Assembly (NCBI GenBank): GCA_032718475.1
Contig: JAUCBJ010008172.1
Coordinates: 9,601 to 73,600 of the forward strand
Source: Nemertoderma westbladi
Taxonomy: Eukaryota; Animalia; Xenacoelomorpha
Direction of reading: 5' to 3'
Length of the DNA stretch: 64,000 bases
Part shown: piece by piece, positions 1 to 12,324 of the stretch
Layout: the number at the start of each line of letters is the position of its first letter
How positions within the stretch are numbered: the stretch's first letter is position 1
Notes under the pieces: generated by a model
What the model was told of the DNA's origin: nothing
Databases searched by the model: none
The model's input: only the letters and a program-made list of their open reading frames with translations
Made by a program: the position numbers and the translations under genes

Positions 1-650
1 TCCCACAGCCGTCAGCGGATAATGCGCGGGCCGAATCAGGTAAACCGCAACACCCGGCGACGGAGAGTAATAGGGGGATTGCGAGTATCCCCAGCGGCGT
101 GCGATCGAGCAGAGAGAAGCAGGTTGACGTCGCGAGAGGGCGGACGAAGCGTCGAGCCCGATCAGAAGAGGGAAGAAGAACAGTGGAGTTTAACCGGGAG
201 GTCGACGAGAGATCTCACGAGCGGGAATACTGCACTGAGAGGAGAAGAAGAGAAGACAGCAGAAGGAGTATCGCCACGAACGACAGGAGAGCGAGGACGA
301 ATAGCGAGCCGTTGGTGGTGGAGATGGAAAGGGAGAGTCGGTGGGGTCGAACTTCGGGAGATTGCCGTCGTCCCGGAGAGACATGACCTAACGAGACGCG
401 TTACGCGTCAAGAGAGGGGTACGCGATGTACCGGCACATAGACGAGAGTAGTAGAGAGGGTCGAAGAGAAACTTTCCGACGGGATATACCTACGGATTGA
501 GAGTACGGTAACCGCGGGGAGGATTATTCGAGAAGAATAAACTTCGATCCCGAGCAATACATACAGACTGTAGGACATACTGTAGGCCTTACTGCACATA
601 CCATAGGCCATGCTGACAGGAATAATGTAGGCGATAGGATAGCGCGGACG

Positions 651-2656
651 ATGGAACTAAACCCGGACGTCGCGGAGTACATACCGGCAGGTAGGCCAGA
701 AGCTGATAGGCCTATACTGGCACCAGTGCAGCAGTATGACTACAGCACGAAAGGATATAACATATACCCAGGGGAGGGGGGAATTATTGCGGATAGATGC
801 ATGGGCCCCAATATATTAACATCAACCCCAATACCAAACATACCGGTGGGGGGGGGGGGGGGGGGGCAGGGTGACATTCCCCCATCGCAATATCAACAAT
901 ATGCCCCGATAGGAGCAAGGACAACGATAACATTGGATGAAAATAGGTCGTGTGACACAGAAATATGGAGGGGGTTGCTACCCCCAATGATATACCCAAG
1001 CCAAAGAAAGGCAGAAAATAGAACGAGCGGACCGCACCCAACAGGAGAAACTATACAACATCCATCGAATCCATTGGAAGCGCAGGCGATGGGGATGGCC
1101 ACATTGATCGATGCATTAAAAACAAGGATCGAATTACCACCCGTGGAACCATTCAAATTCGATGGGAGTAGGCCGGAAGAATATCTCCAGTTTCGGCGTA
1201 TGTATAGCAATGAAATACTAACAAAGAACTTAACGCAGGCGGAGTGCCTAAAGTATTTGCAAGTATACATAGGAGGCCCAGCATACGACATTGTGAGGCA
1301 ATATCAGGGCATATAGGGCGGCTTCACGACGGCATGGCGGGCACTGGACAGGGAATACGGGCACCCGGCCAAGATCATCAGGCAGACCCTGAGAGGCATA
1401 ACATCGGGTGGCCTACAGGATAATCCCGTTAGCATTAAGACATTTGCGAACAAGGTCGACAAGGCGCTGATCGTGTTAAAGACGCTAGACGCGCCATACG
1501 AACTCAACGTGTCCAACAACATCACCACGATAGCGCAGGCACTACCGATGTGGTTGCGCAACAAGTGGAGGAAAATCGCTTTCTCCACTCGAGATAGGAA
1601 GGGTGCGGAACCGGGTTTAGAAGAAATGTCGAGCTTCTTAAACTACGAAGCTGAACTAATAACCGACCCAGTCTATAGCGAAGATAGCCTGGGGAAGGGA
1701 TCGAAGCCGGATTACCATAGACCGAAACCAGAGCACAATACAGGCTCAGGCAATCACTGCCATATGCAGCGACGCAGGGGACTGCAAGTCCACAGGTAGC
1801 CGAAAGTAAGACCACACCATGGAACGGACAGGGGAACAATAACAACACGAATAAATATAACCCCAGTACGTCCAGTAGGCCGAACCCAAACAATAAGAAT
1901 AGTAGGGACTTTGGTACAAACGCAGCTGCGATACGCGATGCACTGTATAAGGAGGGCTACAACCCAAAGAGCAAATGCCAGCTACATACAAATGCGCTTC
2001 ATCAAACCATGAACTGCAGGTACTGGCAAGCGCTACCTAGGGAAGATCAGATAGATTACGCGAGGAAGAATGAGATCTGCCCGCGATGTGTGATGAGTGG
2101 ACACAGAGCTAGGCAATGCAAGGAGACGCCGGTCAAGTTCGGTCAAAGGAAAGGCCAAACGATGGCAACGAGCACAGTAGGGGCGAAAAAGAGAGGAACG
2201 GTGCTACTTGGGGTAGTACCCGTGCGAGTGATTGGAGAAGGCAATCGATCAGTAACCACGCTAATGCTGGTTGATAGTGGAGCTGCCTTCACACTAGTCG
2301 AGGATTGGGTGGCCGAAGAAATATGATTGAGAACGAGGCCAAGCAGAATGGCGGTAACAACCATCTCCAGTAAAGATGAGGTCCTGGAGATGAGAACCGG
2401 ACGGTGCACCATCGCAGCAATAGCACCAGGATGCGACTATGGGGCGAGCATCGACCCCATCCAAGTGATAGAGTCAATAAACATCAATGCCAGACGGCCA
2501 ACCAACATCGAGGTCGAACAATATAAATTTCTGGACGATATTGACTTCTCAATCCCAGATGTGGACGTTAGGAAGGTATCCATCATAGTAGGAATGGACT
2601 GCCCAACGGCCCACGAAAGAATGCAAACGGTCTTCGGCGAAGACAATGCAGTATGA
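651..2656 (+). pseudogene. gag: Bel/Pao gag plus aspartic protease, disrupted
   Basis: FKFDGSRPEEYLQF gag motif, knuckle CPRCVMSGHRARQC, protease MLVDSGAAFT; in-frame stops ending at 1316 and 2326 and frameshifts near 1800 and 2650. Confidence 0.85.
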
Positions 2657-5600
2657 CCCGGTGGCGATACTGACACCATTCGGGTGGACGCTAAGTGGCC
2701 CAATCAAGAGCAAGATACCATTTAGGATGTCGGAGACATCAGGATGCATGTTCGCGGGAACTATGCAGGAAATGAGTGATGAGAGAGCAGAGGAGCAACT
2801 TAAAAGACTGCTCAGACAGGATTTTGAAGGATTAAAGGAGACCGGGGTCGGGACCTCGGTGGAAGACAAACAGGCTCAGCAGAGCGTAGAGGAGTCTATG
2901 AAGTGCAACGAGGGGCGGTACACCATAGGAATGGTATGGAAACTACCGAAGTTACCACTGCCCGATAATAGAGGGATGGTACTCAGGAGACTCCGCAAGC
3001 TGAAACAAACACTAAAACGGAGCCCCGAGAAGAATGAGTACATCCACAGAACGATTAAGAAGTACGTCGAGAAAGGATGGGCCGTGGAGTTACCAGTCGA
3101 CGAACCAAACACGGACAGGACATATTACCTGCCACTCCACGTGGCTTTAGACCCAAAGAAAGGTAAACTGCGGATGGTAGTTGACGCATCGGCAAAGACC
3201 AACGGAAAATGCTTAAACGACTATCTGTTAGAAGGTCCAAACATAAACAACTCGGGCATAGAGGTCCTACTTAGATTTAGGAATGGGAAACACGCCTTCA
3301 CGTATGACATAGAAGGCATGTTCAACCAAGTCCGTGTAACGGAGGAAGATAGCGACAGTCAACGCTTCTTATGGTATAACGGCGAGGAAGAACCGTCGAT
3401 AATACCAGCGTACAAGATGGTAGTACAGAACATGGGAGCCAAGTCGTCTTCGTTTACGACCACTATGGCAGTGAGAGATACAGTGAAGGGAAAGGAAGAT
3501 AGATACAGCACTAGGGCCGTCGATATGATTCGACGCGGCTTCTACGTAGATGACGGAATGGAGTCTGGAAATACGGTTAAGGAGATACTGGACACAGGGC
3601 GCGAGGTTCGCGACATCCTAAAAGGATCCGGCTTTAACCTGACCAAATTCCAATCCAGTTCGGAGGAATTTATCAAGGTGATAGAGGACAAGAGACCAGA
3701 ATCGACCATGGATAATCCCACAACAGCCAAAGGGCAGGACATGGCGAACAAGAGAACAGAATCTCAACAGAAGGCATTGGGAATCGTGTGGAACAGAGAG
3801 ACAGATGAACTGAAGTATCAGCTGAGCCAGGAGGGCGCAGACATCCACACGAAGAGGGGCTATGTGTCGTATATAGCAAGGATATACGATCCCCTAGGTC
3901 TAGCATCCCCATTATTAGTCACGGGGAAACAGATACTCAAGAGAGTATACAAATTGAAGGATGAGTGGGACGTAGAGGTACCAGAGGAAATCAAGAAACA
4001 GTGGAGTAAGTGGACAGGAGACTTGGAGAAGATAGGAACATATAACATGCCACGAGTGTATTTCCCGGATGGGAACATGACGAATCTGGACCTACACATG
4101 TTCTCCGATGCGTCGTTGGAGCCGTACGGAGCGGCACTCTATTTAGTACAACGAGAGGGGGCTCACAAGCCCAGACTGGCCTTTAGCAAAGCAAAGTCAA
4201 CGCCGCCAGATTCAGCATCAGTTCCCAAATTAGAATTGACAGCTGCGAGACTAGGAGTTAGAGCCACAGCCTACCTAGTGGATACTATTCCCAACATAGT
4301 GGAGACACACTACTGGACGGACTCCATGGTAGTGCTTGGTTGGCTACATAACGAAAGGACGAGATACCCAATATTCGTCGCGAATAGGGTGGACGAGATA
4401 AGGGAGACCACAGAATTGGAAAGGTGGCACTACTGCCCAACGGACGAGAACCCAGCGGACTTGTTATCAAGGGGCGTGGCACGCCACACTTTCTTAAAAA
4501 AGGAAGCATTGTGGCAACACGGGCCGCAGTTTCTGAGCGACAAGGAGGCCTGGCCGCCGATGAGAAAGGTGGACCCGGACTCAGGAGAGGTAGTGTCAGA
4601 AGGAGAAGAGGGAGATTCAGAGGGAGAAGAGATATACTCCCAGATGGTGAGGGAGATAAGGGACGTGCAACCTAAACCAGAAGAACTGTGCGATAACCCG
4701 ACAGATAAACTCCTCAGCTACAGCTCTAGTTGGTATAAGACCAAGAAATTAGTGGCATACTGGAGAGCCTTCGGGAATTTCCTCGCGGGAGTTGGCAAAG
4801 ACAAGAAGATCAGGACAACCATAGATCTGGAAGGAGCGGCCAAGGCAGTCATCCACTATGTACAACGGAAGAACTATGGCGACGAGGTGGAACGCGTCGG
4901 TAACCAACAGCACCTTCGACGGGACAGCGAGCTGATCACGCTGTCGCCACAACTTAATGACGACGGGATTCTAGTAATGAATTCTAGGGTGGGATACAAC
5001 AACAGCATAGTCGTACCACCGAAACCCATCATCATTCCCACAGGATCGCCAATAGTCCACCAGATTATCTGGGACTCCCATAAGTCGATATTGCACGGGG
5101 GCACCAACCGAACCTTCACGGAGATAAGGAGGACCTTTTGGGTCAAGCAGTTGAGGAAGAAGGTAAAAGCGGTAGTGGGGCAGTGCCAGACCTGCTGACG
5201 AGCGAAGAAGGAGCGAGCCATACAAGAGATGGCACCACTACCAGCGAGTACAGTAAGACAGCACGACCCGCCATTTACACATTGCAGTGTGGACATGTTC
5301 GGGCCAATAAAGATCAAGGTGATGCGGCACACGGAGAAACGCTACGGTATTATCTTCGTATGTAACAACACGCGGGCGGTAGGGATAGAACTCGCCCAAG
5401 ATGCAACCGCATCAGCATTTATTAATGCATTAGAAAGATTCAGAGACCGCAAAGGTGGGACGATCGCAGTAATGTATTCCGACAGCGGAACCAACTTTGT
5501 GGGAGCAGAGAACGAGATGGCAGAGGCCTTGGACATCTTGGAAGGGGAGGAAGTCAGGGCGGCCATGAGACGACGACAAGTAAAGTGGGAGAGAAGGACG

Positions 5601-6188
5601 CCGTATGCACCACATACACTAGGATGCGTCGAGAGACTGGTGGGCAGTTCAAAGCGTCTGATGGCGAAGCTGATGAACACCCACATGGTCACTGAGGACG
5701 TCTTAAGGACAGTGCTTGCGAAGTGCGAGGGTATCATTAATAGCAGACCGCTATATCCGGAGAATGATGACCCTGAATCATTAGATGTGCTGACACCCAG
5801 CCATTTTCTAATGGAAAGGCCAGCGACCATCGATATGCGGGGTGTAGACCCAGATGACATACATTCCCGCCAGAGTTGGAAGGTCGCTAAAGCAATAAGC
5901 GCAGAGTATTGGAGGAGGTGGGTTGAGGAATACCTACCCACGCTTCATAAAAGAAGCAAGTGGAGGAAGTCAAATAGGGAGTTAAGAGAGGGAGATCTCG
6001 TAATCGTTACGGATGATACTATCATCAACAACCAGTGGCGGTTGGCGAGAGTCGTAGGCACTTACTCCGATGAGGACGGAAGAGTCCGATCGGTAGAAGT
6101 GCGGATAGGTGGAAAGATCGGTGCGAAAGACAGGAAAACCTACAGGAGAGCTGTAGGGAAATGCTGTCTATTAGAAGGGGCACCTTAG
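2646..6188 (+). pseudogene. pol: Bel/Pao pol (RT, RNase H, integrase) with one in-frame stop ending at 5198
   Basis: RT YYLPLH, KLRMVVDAS, DIEGMFNQV, FYVDDG; RNase H FSDAS, WTDS, NPADLLSRG; integrase VDMFGP, YSDSGTNFVGA, GCVERL; ORFs 2646-5198 and 5229-6188 are in the same frame. Confidence 0.93.
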
Positions 6189-6295
6189 GGTGGAGTTAGA
6201 GTGTAGTTTAGTCGTCCAAGTTTGGACTGAGGGGGGTGGGATTGAGGGCGAGACGCCCTTCCCACACATAAAAATGAAAAATAAAATAAATAAAA

Positions 6296-7000
6296 ATTAG
6301 AGTTAGTTAGTTAGGAGTTAGTTAGAAGGTACGTAGTACCTAGAGTTAGTCGGTTAGAAGGTACGTAGTACCTAGAGTTAGTTAGTTAGTCAGTTAGAAG
6401 GTACGTAGTTCCTAGAGTTAGTTAGTTAGTTAGTTAGTCAGTTAGAAGGTACGTAGTACCTAGAGTTAGTTAGTTAGAGAGTTAGTAAGAGTTAGAGGGT
6501 ACGTAGTACCGATAGTTAGTGGAGTTAGGAGTAGTAAGAGGGTACGTAGTACCGTTAGTTAGAGAGTTAGTAAGAGTTAGAGGGTACGTAGTACCGATAG
6601 TTAGTGGAGTTAGAGGTTAGTAAGAGGGTACGTAGTACCGATAGTTAGTGGAGTTAGGAGTAGTAAGAGGGTATGTAGTACCGATAGTTAGTGGAGTTAG
6701 AGGTTAGTAAGAGGGTACGTAGTACCGATAGTTAGTGGAGTTAGAGGTTAGTAAGAGGGTATGTAGTACTGATAGTTAGTGGAGTTAGAGGTTAGTAAGA
6801 GGGTACGTAGTACCGATTAGTAAGAGTAGAGTTGGAAGTTAGTAAGAGGGTACGTAGTACCGTTAGTGGAGTTAGAGAGTAGTAAGAGGGTACGTAGTAC
6901 CGTTAGTAGAGTTAGAGTAAGAGTTAGAGGGTACGTAGTACCGTTAGTTAGTTAGTTAGAGAGTAGTAAGAGGGTATGTAGTACCGATTAGTAAGAGATA
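6296..7000 (+). repeat. Tandem array (~30-50 bp units) of GGTACGTAGTACC mini-hairpins in a (GA)GTTAG low-complexity matrix
   Basis: About 16 copies of GGTA(C/T)GTAGT(A/T)C(C/T) counted by eye. Confidence 0.9.
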
Positions 7001-7467
7001 GAGGTGGAAGGGTATACATAGTATAGATATTAGTTAGTAGTTAGTAGCGAGAGGGGGGCATATGAGTACAGTTGGGTAGATCGTGTAGGCCACGCGACAT
7101 ATACTGCTGTACTGCACAGGCCCATAGCGTAGGTCAGAATGTGGATTATGAAATAGAATAATCCATAAGCAGTAAATAGTAGAAATAGATTAGAAATAAA
7201 AATAGAATAAATAGGGCTAAGAAAATTACAAATGATGGTAACAGGAGGAAAATTATTCTGGAACATAATTAAAGCAACGGACAGAAATTGCAAATAGGGT
7301 ACATTTGTTAGCTACAAAATTAAGTAATAGAAATTAGGCTAAAAGGGCGTAGTTAGATAGAAAATAGGCCATTATCGGACCGTACAGACCATCCTAACTG
7401 CATCACTCACTTATATTGCGCCTTGGTAAGGCACCACCTTATAGGTGAGCGATCGGAGGAGTTCGAA

Positions 7468-10032
7468 ATGGCGGGAAAACTGATCAGAAAGAGAAAGGCG
7501 GAGTCAGGAGGAAAGGAGATACTGGTGGATTTCACCGAGAGGCATCCGGAAGAGAAGACGAGAGGATACTACGAGAGGTTGGAAAAGGGTCACGCGGCAC
7601 GAGCGCTGCAGGACCACTTCCGGGAGATGCACGAACAGCGGCTGGTCGGGACCTACGGGACGCCGTCGCTGGACAACGCGATCTTCCAACACTTCCACTA
7701 CGTGGTGAAAGGGGACGAGGCGAAGTTCGGGATTCCGAAGTACCCGAGGGAGTCACCGAGGAAGGATTGGAAGAGATTCATAGAGTCCGTCAACAGGGGA
7801 GGATATATGATCCTAGACGACGAGGGAACCGTGGAAGACGAGGAGGGTTCGAGACGAGGATCAGCGGGGTCGGCCAGGACCATACTCTTACATTTGGCTG
7901 CGCCAAATGGGGACATTTTCTTATTCGATCTAGGAACGTATGGGAAGAAAGAGGGGCCGAAATTAAACTGGTTGCCGAAAGCGGTGCAAGTCTTGGTAAG
8001 AGAGAAGTCGACGACGAAGGTGGGATCGGCGATTCGCGAGGACGCGGAGAGAATCATCGGTCCGGACGCCACCAACCTCCTGGATATGCAGAAGGTCTTC
8101 ATGGCTATGACGGCACCAGATGGGTTGTGGGTAGTCGGGAACACAGGCCAATGCGGGGCGGTGGCAATGGGCCAGCTATTGGGGCTCGTATGCCACAAAC
8201 CGATGGACTGGGGGAAGTTCAGGGAGGAATACGGAGCAGAACTAGCGAACTCGCTAAAGTGGGGAGCGAGACCGGGAAAGCAAGAGGTATATCAATTCCA
8301 CAGAGGAGCGATAAAGGTATATCAGAAGCGATATATCCTGCAGGAAGATTGGATGATGATAAGTTTACTTAACTTATTCATGACCGTGGTTATCGAGAGG
8401 GAACCAGCGGCATTTCTGTTATCGGGATCACCCCTAAGCTACAGGAGAGCCTTTAAGACGGCCTTCGACGGTCTGGTAGACCACCCGGGGCTGAAGGGCG
8501 AGTCGGTGTACTACAATAGCCGACATCTGATAGACGGGGAGACAGATACGCCGTATCAGAGATGGGAGCAGCTAGAGACGGATAGACGAGAGGCAAAGCG
8601 ACTGGAAGAAGTCGCTAGACGGGAGAGGATAGAAGCAGAGGAGAGGGAGGAGGAGGCCAGGACGCAGAGTTACGGCTTCGAGGAACAGGCAGGCTTAGAC
8701 GAACTTCGTTGGACTTCATCAGGGAGTTCGGGGGAGTCTCTAGGGCGAGAACTGGGATGGACGGTGGGATCGCCGAAACAGTCGACGTCGGGGTTGCAAG
8801 CGATGCCCATACCAGCGGGCGCCGAAGGCGACCAACCGCCAAGGAAGTTAAGGGAGCTAGAGGGATGGAGATCTACGGGCGAGAGCCAAGGCGGGAAGGG
8901 ACATAGTGGATCCATCGGGATACCGGGGTTGGAGCCACTGCCAGAGGAGGAGGAAGACGACGACGAGTTCGGAGAGGTGCCGCCCATCGAGAGGATTGGC
9001 CACTCGGACACGGACTGGGTTGGCGGGAGGGTGGTGACGGCCAGTGGGGCGAGGGCCTTCTGGGATAGACCCGGCAAGCGGGCCTGGGTGCACGAGGAGC
9101 CGGCGATGGATTTCGCGGGGAGCACTATCAGGTTGGGCGAGCAACCAGGGACGGCACCACGGGTAGTATTCGGGGAGACGATGCCCGAGAGGGGCGAGGA
9201 GATCGACATAGACAGGGACACTAACGTGCAGAAGTTCGCCTACCAGCGACTCCACAGACTGCGGAGATTGCTTGGGACGAAAGACGATGTGGGGTGGGAG
9301 ACATTGGTACTCGGTTGCGACTACTGTGGGAGACAGACCCACCAGGAAAGGAGCTGTTTGTACCTGTTCCAAAAGGGAACCTTTTGTCTCTACTGCCGCG
9401 AGTCGAGCCACAGGATGGGGGCGTGTCCACGGTTGCATAACCGATGTCCGAAGTGCAACTTTCGGGGACACTACGGATGCCAGTGCGACTGGATGGATGA
9501 CGAAGAGAAGTTCAGAAGATTCGAGGAGTGGGCCGACGTCGGGGCCATGACGCGCCAGCGCATGAAGGCCCAGGAGTTCAAGTGGGGTTTCTTCCTCATC
9601 AATCAGGAGGCTCACATGGAAATCATAAAGCGGAGGCTACCGTTTACCTATCAAGAGGTAGCAACGGCGGCGTCGTATGCCGGGGTGATGAATACACAAA
9701 GGTATTTGGACAGGTGGACGCCACAGAACCGAGGGGAGTTTAGGGATTTCCTGGCAGAGCACGTGCCGCGGGCAATGAAGATGATCATATGGGACGCCAC
9801 CAGGGGGAGACAACAGGGCCACTTGGAGGGGCCACCCGCGAAGCGATATCGGGAGCTGATAACACCAACACCCAGGGAGCCAACGACCGGGATCAGTAAG
9901 GAGGTGGTGGCGAGGGTCCGAAGACAGAAAGCGGATCCCAGAGGAGCGGTAGTGACCAGGAAACGACCCAGGGAGGAGGACGGCAAAAGGAAAGACTTGA
10001 GGTGGTTCCCAAAGTCAGGGGGGATGAACTGA
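7468..10032 (+). CDS. Extra ORF of E1: DEDDy (WRN/EXD/Mut-7-like) 3'-5' exonuclease, coiled coil and three CCHC zinc knuckles
   Basis: Exo I ILDDEG; LLHLA..IFLFDL; LPKAVQVLVREKSTTKVGSAIREDAERI; NLLDMQ; Exo III-like QKRYILQED; knuckles CDYCGRQTHQERSC, CLYCRESSHRMGAC, CPKCNFRGHYGCQC; open 7423-10032, first ATG 7468. Confidence 0.75.
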   Translation: MAGKLIRKRKAESGGKEILVDFTERHPEEKTRGYYERLEKGHAARALQDHFREMHEQRLVGTYGTPSLDNAIFQHFHYVVKGDEAKFGIPKYPRESPRKDWKRFIESVNRGGYMILDDEGTVEDEEGSRRGSAGSARTILLHLAAPNGDIFLFDLGTYGKKEGPKLNWLPKAVQVLVREKSTTKVGSAIREDAERIIGPDATNLLDMQKVFMAMTAPDGLWVVGNTGQCGAVAMGQLLGLVCHKPMDWGKFREEYGAELANSLKWGARPGKQEVYQFHRGAIKVYQKRYILQEDWMMISLLNLFMTVVIEREPAAFLLSGSPLSYRRAFKTAFDGLVDHPGLKGESVYYNSRHLIDGETDTPYQRWEQLETDRREAKRLEEVARRERIEAEEREEEARTQSYGFEEQAGLDELRWTSSGSSGESLGRELGWTVGSPKQSTSGLQAMPIPAGAEGDQPPRKLRELEGWRSTGESQGGKGHSGSIGIPGLEPLPEEEEDDDEFGEVPPIERIGHSDTDWVGGRVVTASGARAFWDRPGKRAWVHEEPAMDFAGSTIRLGEQPGTAPRVVFGETMPERGEEIDIDRDTNVQKFAYQRLHRLRRLLGTKDDVGWETLVLGCDYCGRQTHQERSCLYLFQKGTFCLYCRESSHRMGACPRLHNRCPKCNFRGHYGCQCDWMDDEEKFRRFEEWADVGAMTRQRMKAQEFKWGFFLINQEAHMEIIKRRLPFTYQEVATAASYAGVMNTQRYLDRWTPQNRGEFRDFLAEHVPRAMKMIIWDATRGRQQGHLEGPPAKRYRELITPTPREPTTGISKEVVARVRRQKADPRGAVVTRKRPREEDGKRKDLRWFPKSGGMN

Positions 10033-10695
10033 GACTTCAATGTGGTACGCCTGGAAGGCGCCACGTGGGACTTACAAACTATTAAGTACAAATTCAAACT
10101 GATGCAAATAATTAAATAAGTGCAATTATATGTACGTACGTAGTAATCAGTAGTTTAGCAATGAAATATACGTTCGAAGTAAGTACTATAGTCATTCAAC
10201 CTTTCTCAATTAGCTACTGGGACTGGGGGGCTAACTGACTATGGTACTATGGACGAGACACCAGACGACTTCACATTTCTTGAGTACGACGGCACAAAGG
10301 GGGAGTGAGATTCGTCAGAAGGGATGGGGTAGTCAAAGGGAGGTCGAGTAGAGGTGATAGTGCAGAGTGCAGAGAGAGTGCGAATACAATTCAAGTGTGT
10401 GGGAGGAATAAGAGGCTGAGTAAGGGACAGGGAAGTCCGAGAGTTAAGCGGTAGTGAGGAGAAGTAGAGGAGAGTCAGGGTGGGAGCAGAGTGGAGTTAA
10501 AGTGGCGAAGTGTTGGGGAAACAAAAGTCGTGTGAGGAGCGCACGATCGGCCCGACATGGGACGCCAGGCGAAACGGGTAGCGATATCATACCCATAGGG
10601 AGCGGCCTGGAAAGCCGGCTCCGAAAGAAAATAGTTCCACCCCACACCCGATAATAGATCGGGATCCAGCGGAATTGTAGCGCACTTTAAGGTGG

Positions 10696-10733
10696 ATGCT
10701 ATCTTCTCACCGGGAAGATAGCATGGGGGGGAG
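10696..10733 (+). promoter_or_regulatory. Hairpin plus polypurine tract of E1
   Basis: ATGCTATCTTC-N7-GAAGATAGCAT stem followed by GGGGGGGAG, directly before the LTR TG. Confidence 0.8.
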
Positions 10734-11282
10734 TGTTAGCTTATTCAATTCAGCTAACACAAACCCATAAAGTCAACCGTTAAGCAATATTGGGGGCCAC
10801 GAGATTGGGTAACCAACAACTCGTGTCACCCCAACAAAGTGGGAAGGAGAACCACACAATAAGGGTCAGGGGCCAAACCCCTAACAGAGGGAGAATAGCT
10901 GGAGTGAACGGAAACACTCCAAAGGGCGCCAACAGGGACATTAGCCAATCAGAGGGGGGAAAGGCATCGGTTAGGTACAGTAACAAGGCCAACCCGTGCA
11001 ATATAACCAGTTGGCAGTAATCATCTCATTCAGTTATCTCAGTGTTATTGGTGTTACAGTAGCAATAGTTTAGCTAGGGAAGTACAGGGATTTCAATTAC
11101 CGTTTCCCGCCTTCCGTGTACAACAACGTATTATCAGTTATCTCATTACCAGTTATCTATATCTATATATACCCGAATGTTATACACGACGAATAACGCA
11201 AACTCTTTCACCTTTCACACACGGCGGGGACGCGTGAATTGACAAACCGGATAAACCGGGATCCTTCCTGGATCCCGTCACA
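10734..11282 (+). repeat. 3' LTR of E1 (549 bp)
   Basis: Starts TG after the PPT, ends CA; CCAAT and TATA-like AATATAA (~11000); terminal hairpin CGGGATCC-TTCCT-GGATCCCG. Confidence 0.85.
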
Positions 11283-11877
11283 TTGACATTTGTGTTGTTT
11301 CGAGGGATGAAAATAACCTTGGTGTCGAAGTTGTGGGACAAATATATCCCGTTTTTGTTAACGGTTGATGTGTACCTCATACTAACCTCATCGATATTCT
11401 CGTTAACATTCTTATCTATGTTAAAGTCGAGCAAACAGAATTCATCCACTCTGAGATTCAACCCATCGTAATATAGAACACCCTTCCGCTGTCTACCTAT
11501 ATCATCCGCTTCCCAAACGCCGACAAATCGTTGCCCTTCAAAGTCGTAGATATATTCAATGTACCCACAATCTTCGAACTCCATAAAATTCTCATCATGA
11601 ATTTCCTTCTTTTTTGGTTCAATACGGGAAAGAACGACTTTGCTGTAGATGCTTTGTAAGACAGCTAGAATTTTTCGCGAGATAAAAATTGATGCGCCGT
11701 TTTTCCCAATGCGTAAGTACGCATGATTTATTGGTGTTATAAGCAAATTGCCTCGGGTGTATTCCTTGTAATATTCAACGGCTATTTTATTATAATTGAG
11801 GAAGTCAAACAGGAATCTTATGTTCTGGTAAGTAAGACTTACCGATTCTTGCACGACATTGCGTCCTTTGGTATCAC
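11283..11877 (-). pseudogene. Middle part of PC4-like gene copy 1 (interrupted by E1 and by a LINE)
   Basis: Near-identical in translation to part of ORF 38623-39801 (KGRNVVQESVSLTYQ...KVIFIPRNNTNV). Confidence 0.85.
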
Positions 11878-12324
11878 TACTACTACTACTACTAGGATCG
11901 GCATGCTGCATTGCAGCTGCATTTTTAAGAATGCTGTGCCGGCTTGTCAACAAAATTGCACCGCCACAACTCCCTATCACCCATGACATTTGCTAGATCA
12001 TCCGCATCTTTAAGGCCAGTGTCCTTTAAGATGCGTCTCAAGAAAGTCATGGGCTGTCCACCATGCTTATTCACTCCATGAGGCTGCCAAAGTACAAGAT
12101 TATGCACTGGCTGGTCCTCACGGCGAAAGCAATGTCCTGCAAAGCGGAGGCGATTTTGTTCTAGTGTCAAGCTTGGGGGAACCAATGAGACACCTCCAAT
12201 GTTATATAGTGTCTGGTTGGAGATGTGTGCATTGTACTTGACACAATGAACCCGGCGTAGCATTCTTGTGAATGTGCCATCCAGAGATTTGGTGTCCTCA
12301 GCAGTTAGAGCCCAGCATGGACTC

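Larger units (their letters stand above)
1..11282 (+). mobile_element. Bel/Pao LTR retrotransposon E1 (5' LTR outside window) carrying an extra exonuclease ORF
   Basis: gag-PR-RT-RH-INT order with Bel/Pao motifs, PPT at 10725-10733, 3' LTR TGTTAG...TCACA; flanking PC4-like gene sequence resumes at 11283. Confidence 0.93.

Noticed and set aside
1314-5198. Programmed readthrough or frameshifting in E1 gag-pol
   Set aside because: Multiple scattered stops (e.g. a likely CGA to TGA ending at 5198) and frameshifts fit decay; Bel/Pao normally use one ORF
6296-7000. CRISPR-like repeat-spacer array or telomeric repeat
   Set aside because: Spacers are repetitive low-complexity GTTAG variants, not unique sequences; no cas genes; not a clean TTAGG or TTAGGG tract
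11180-11989. 269-aa ORF as a real gene
   Set aside because: Chimera of LINE tail, PC4-like fragment and E1 LTR created by insertions
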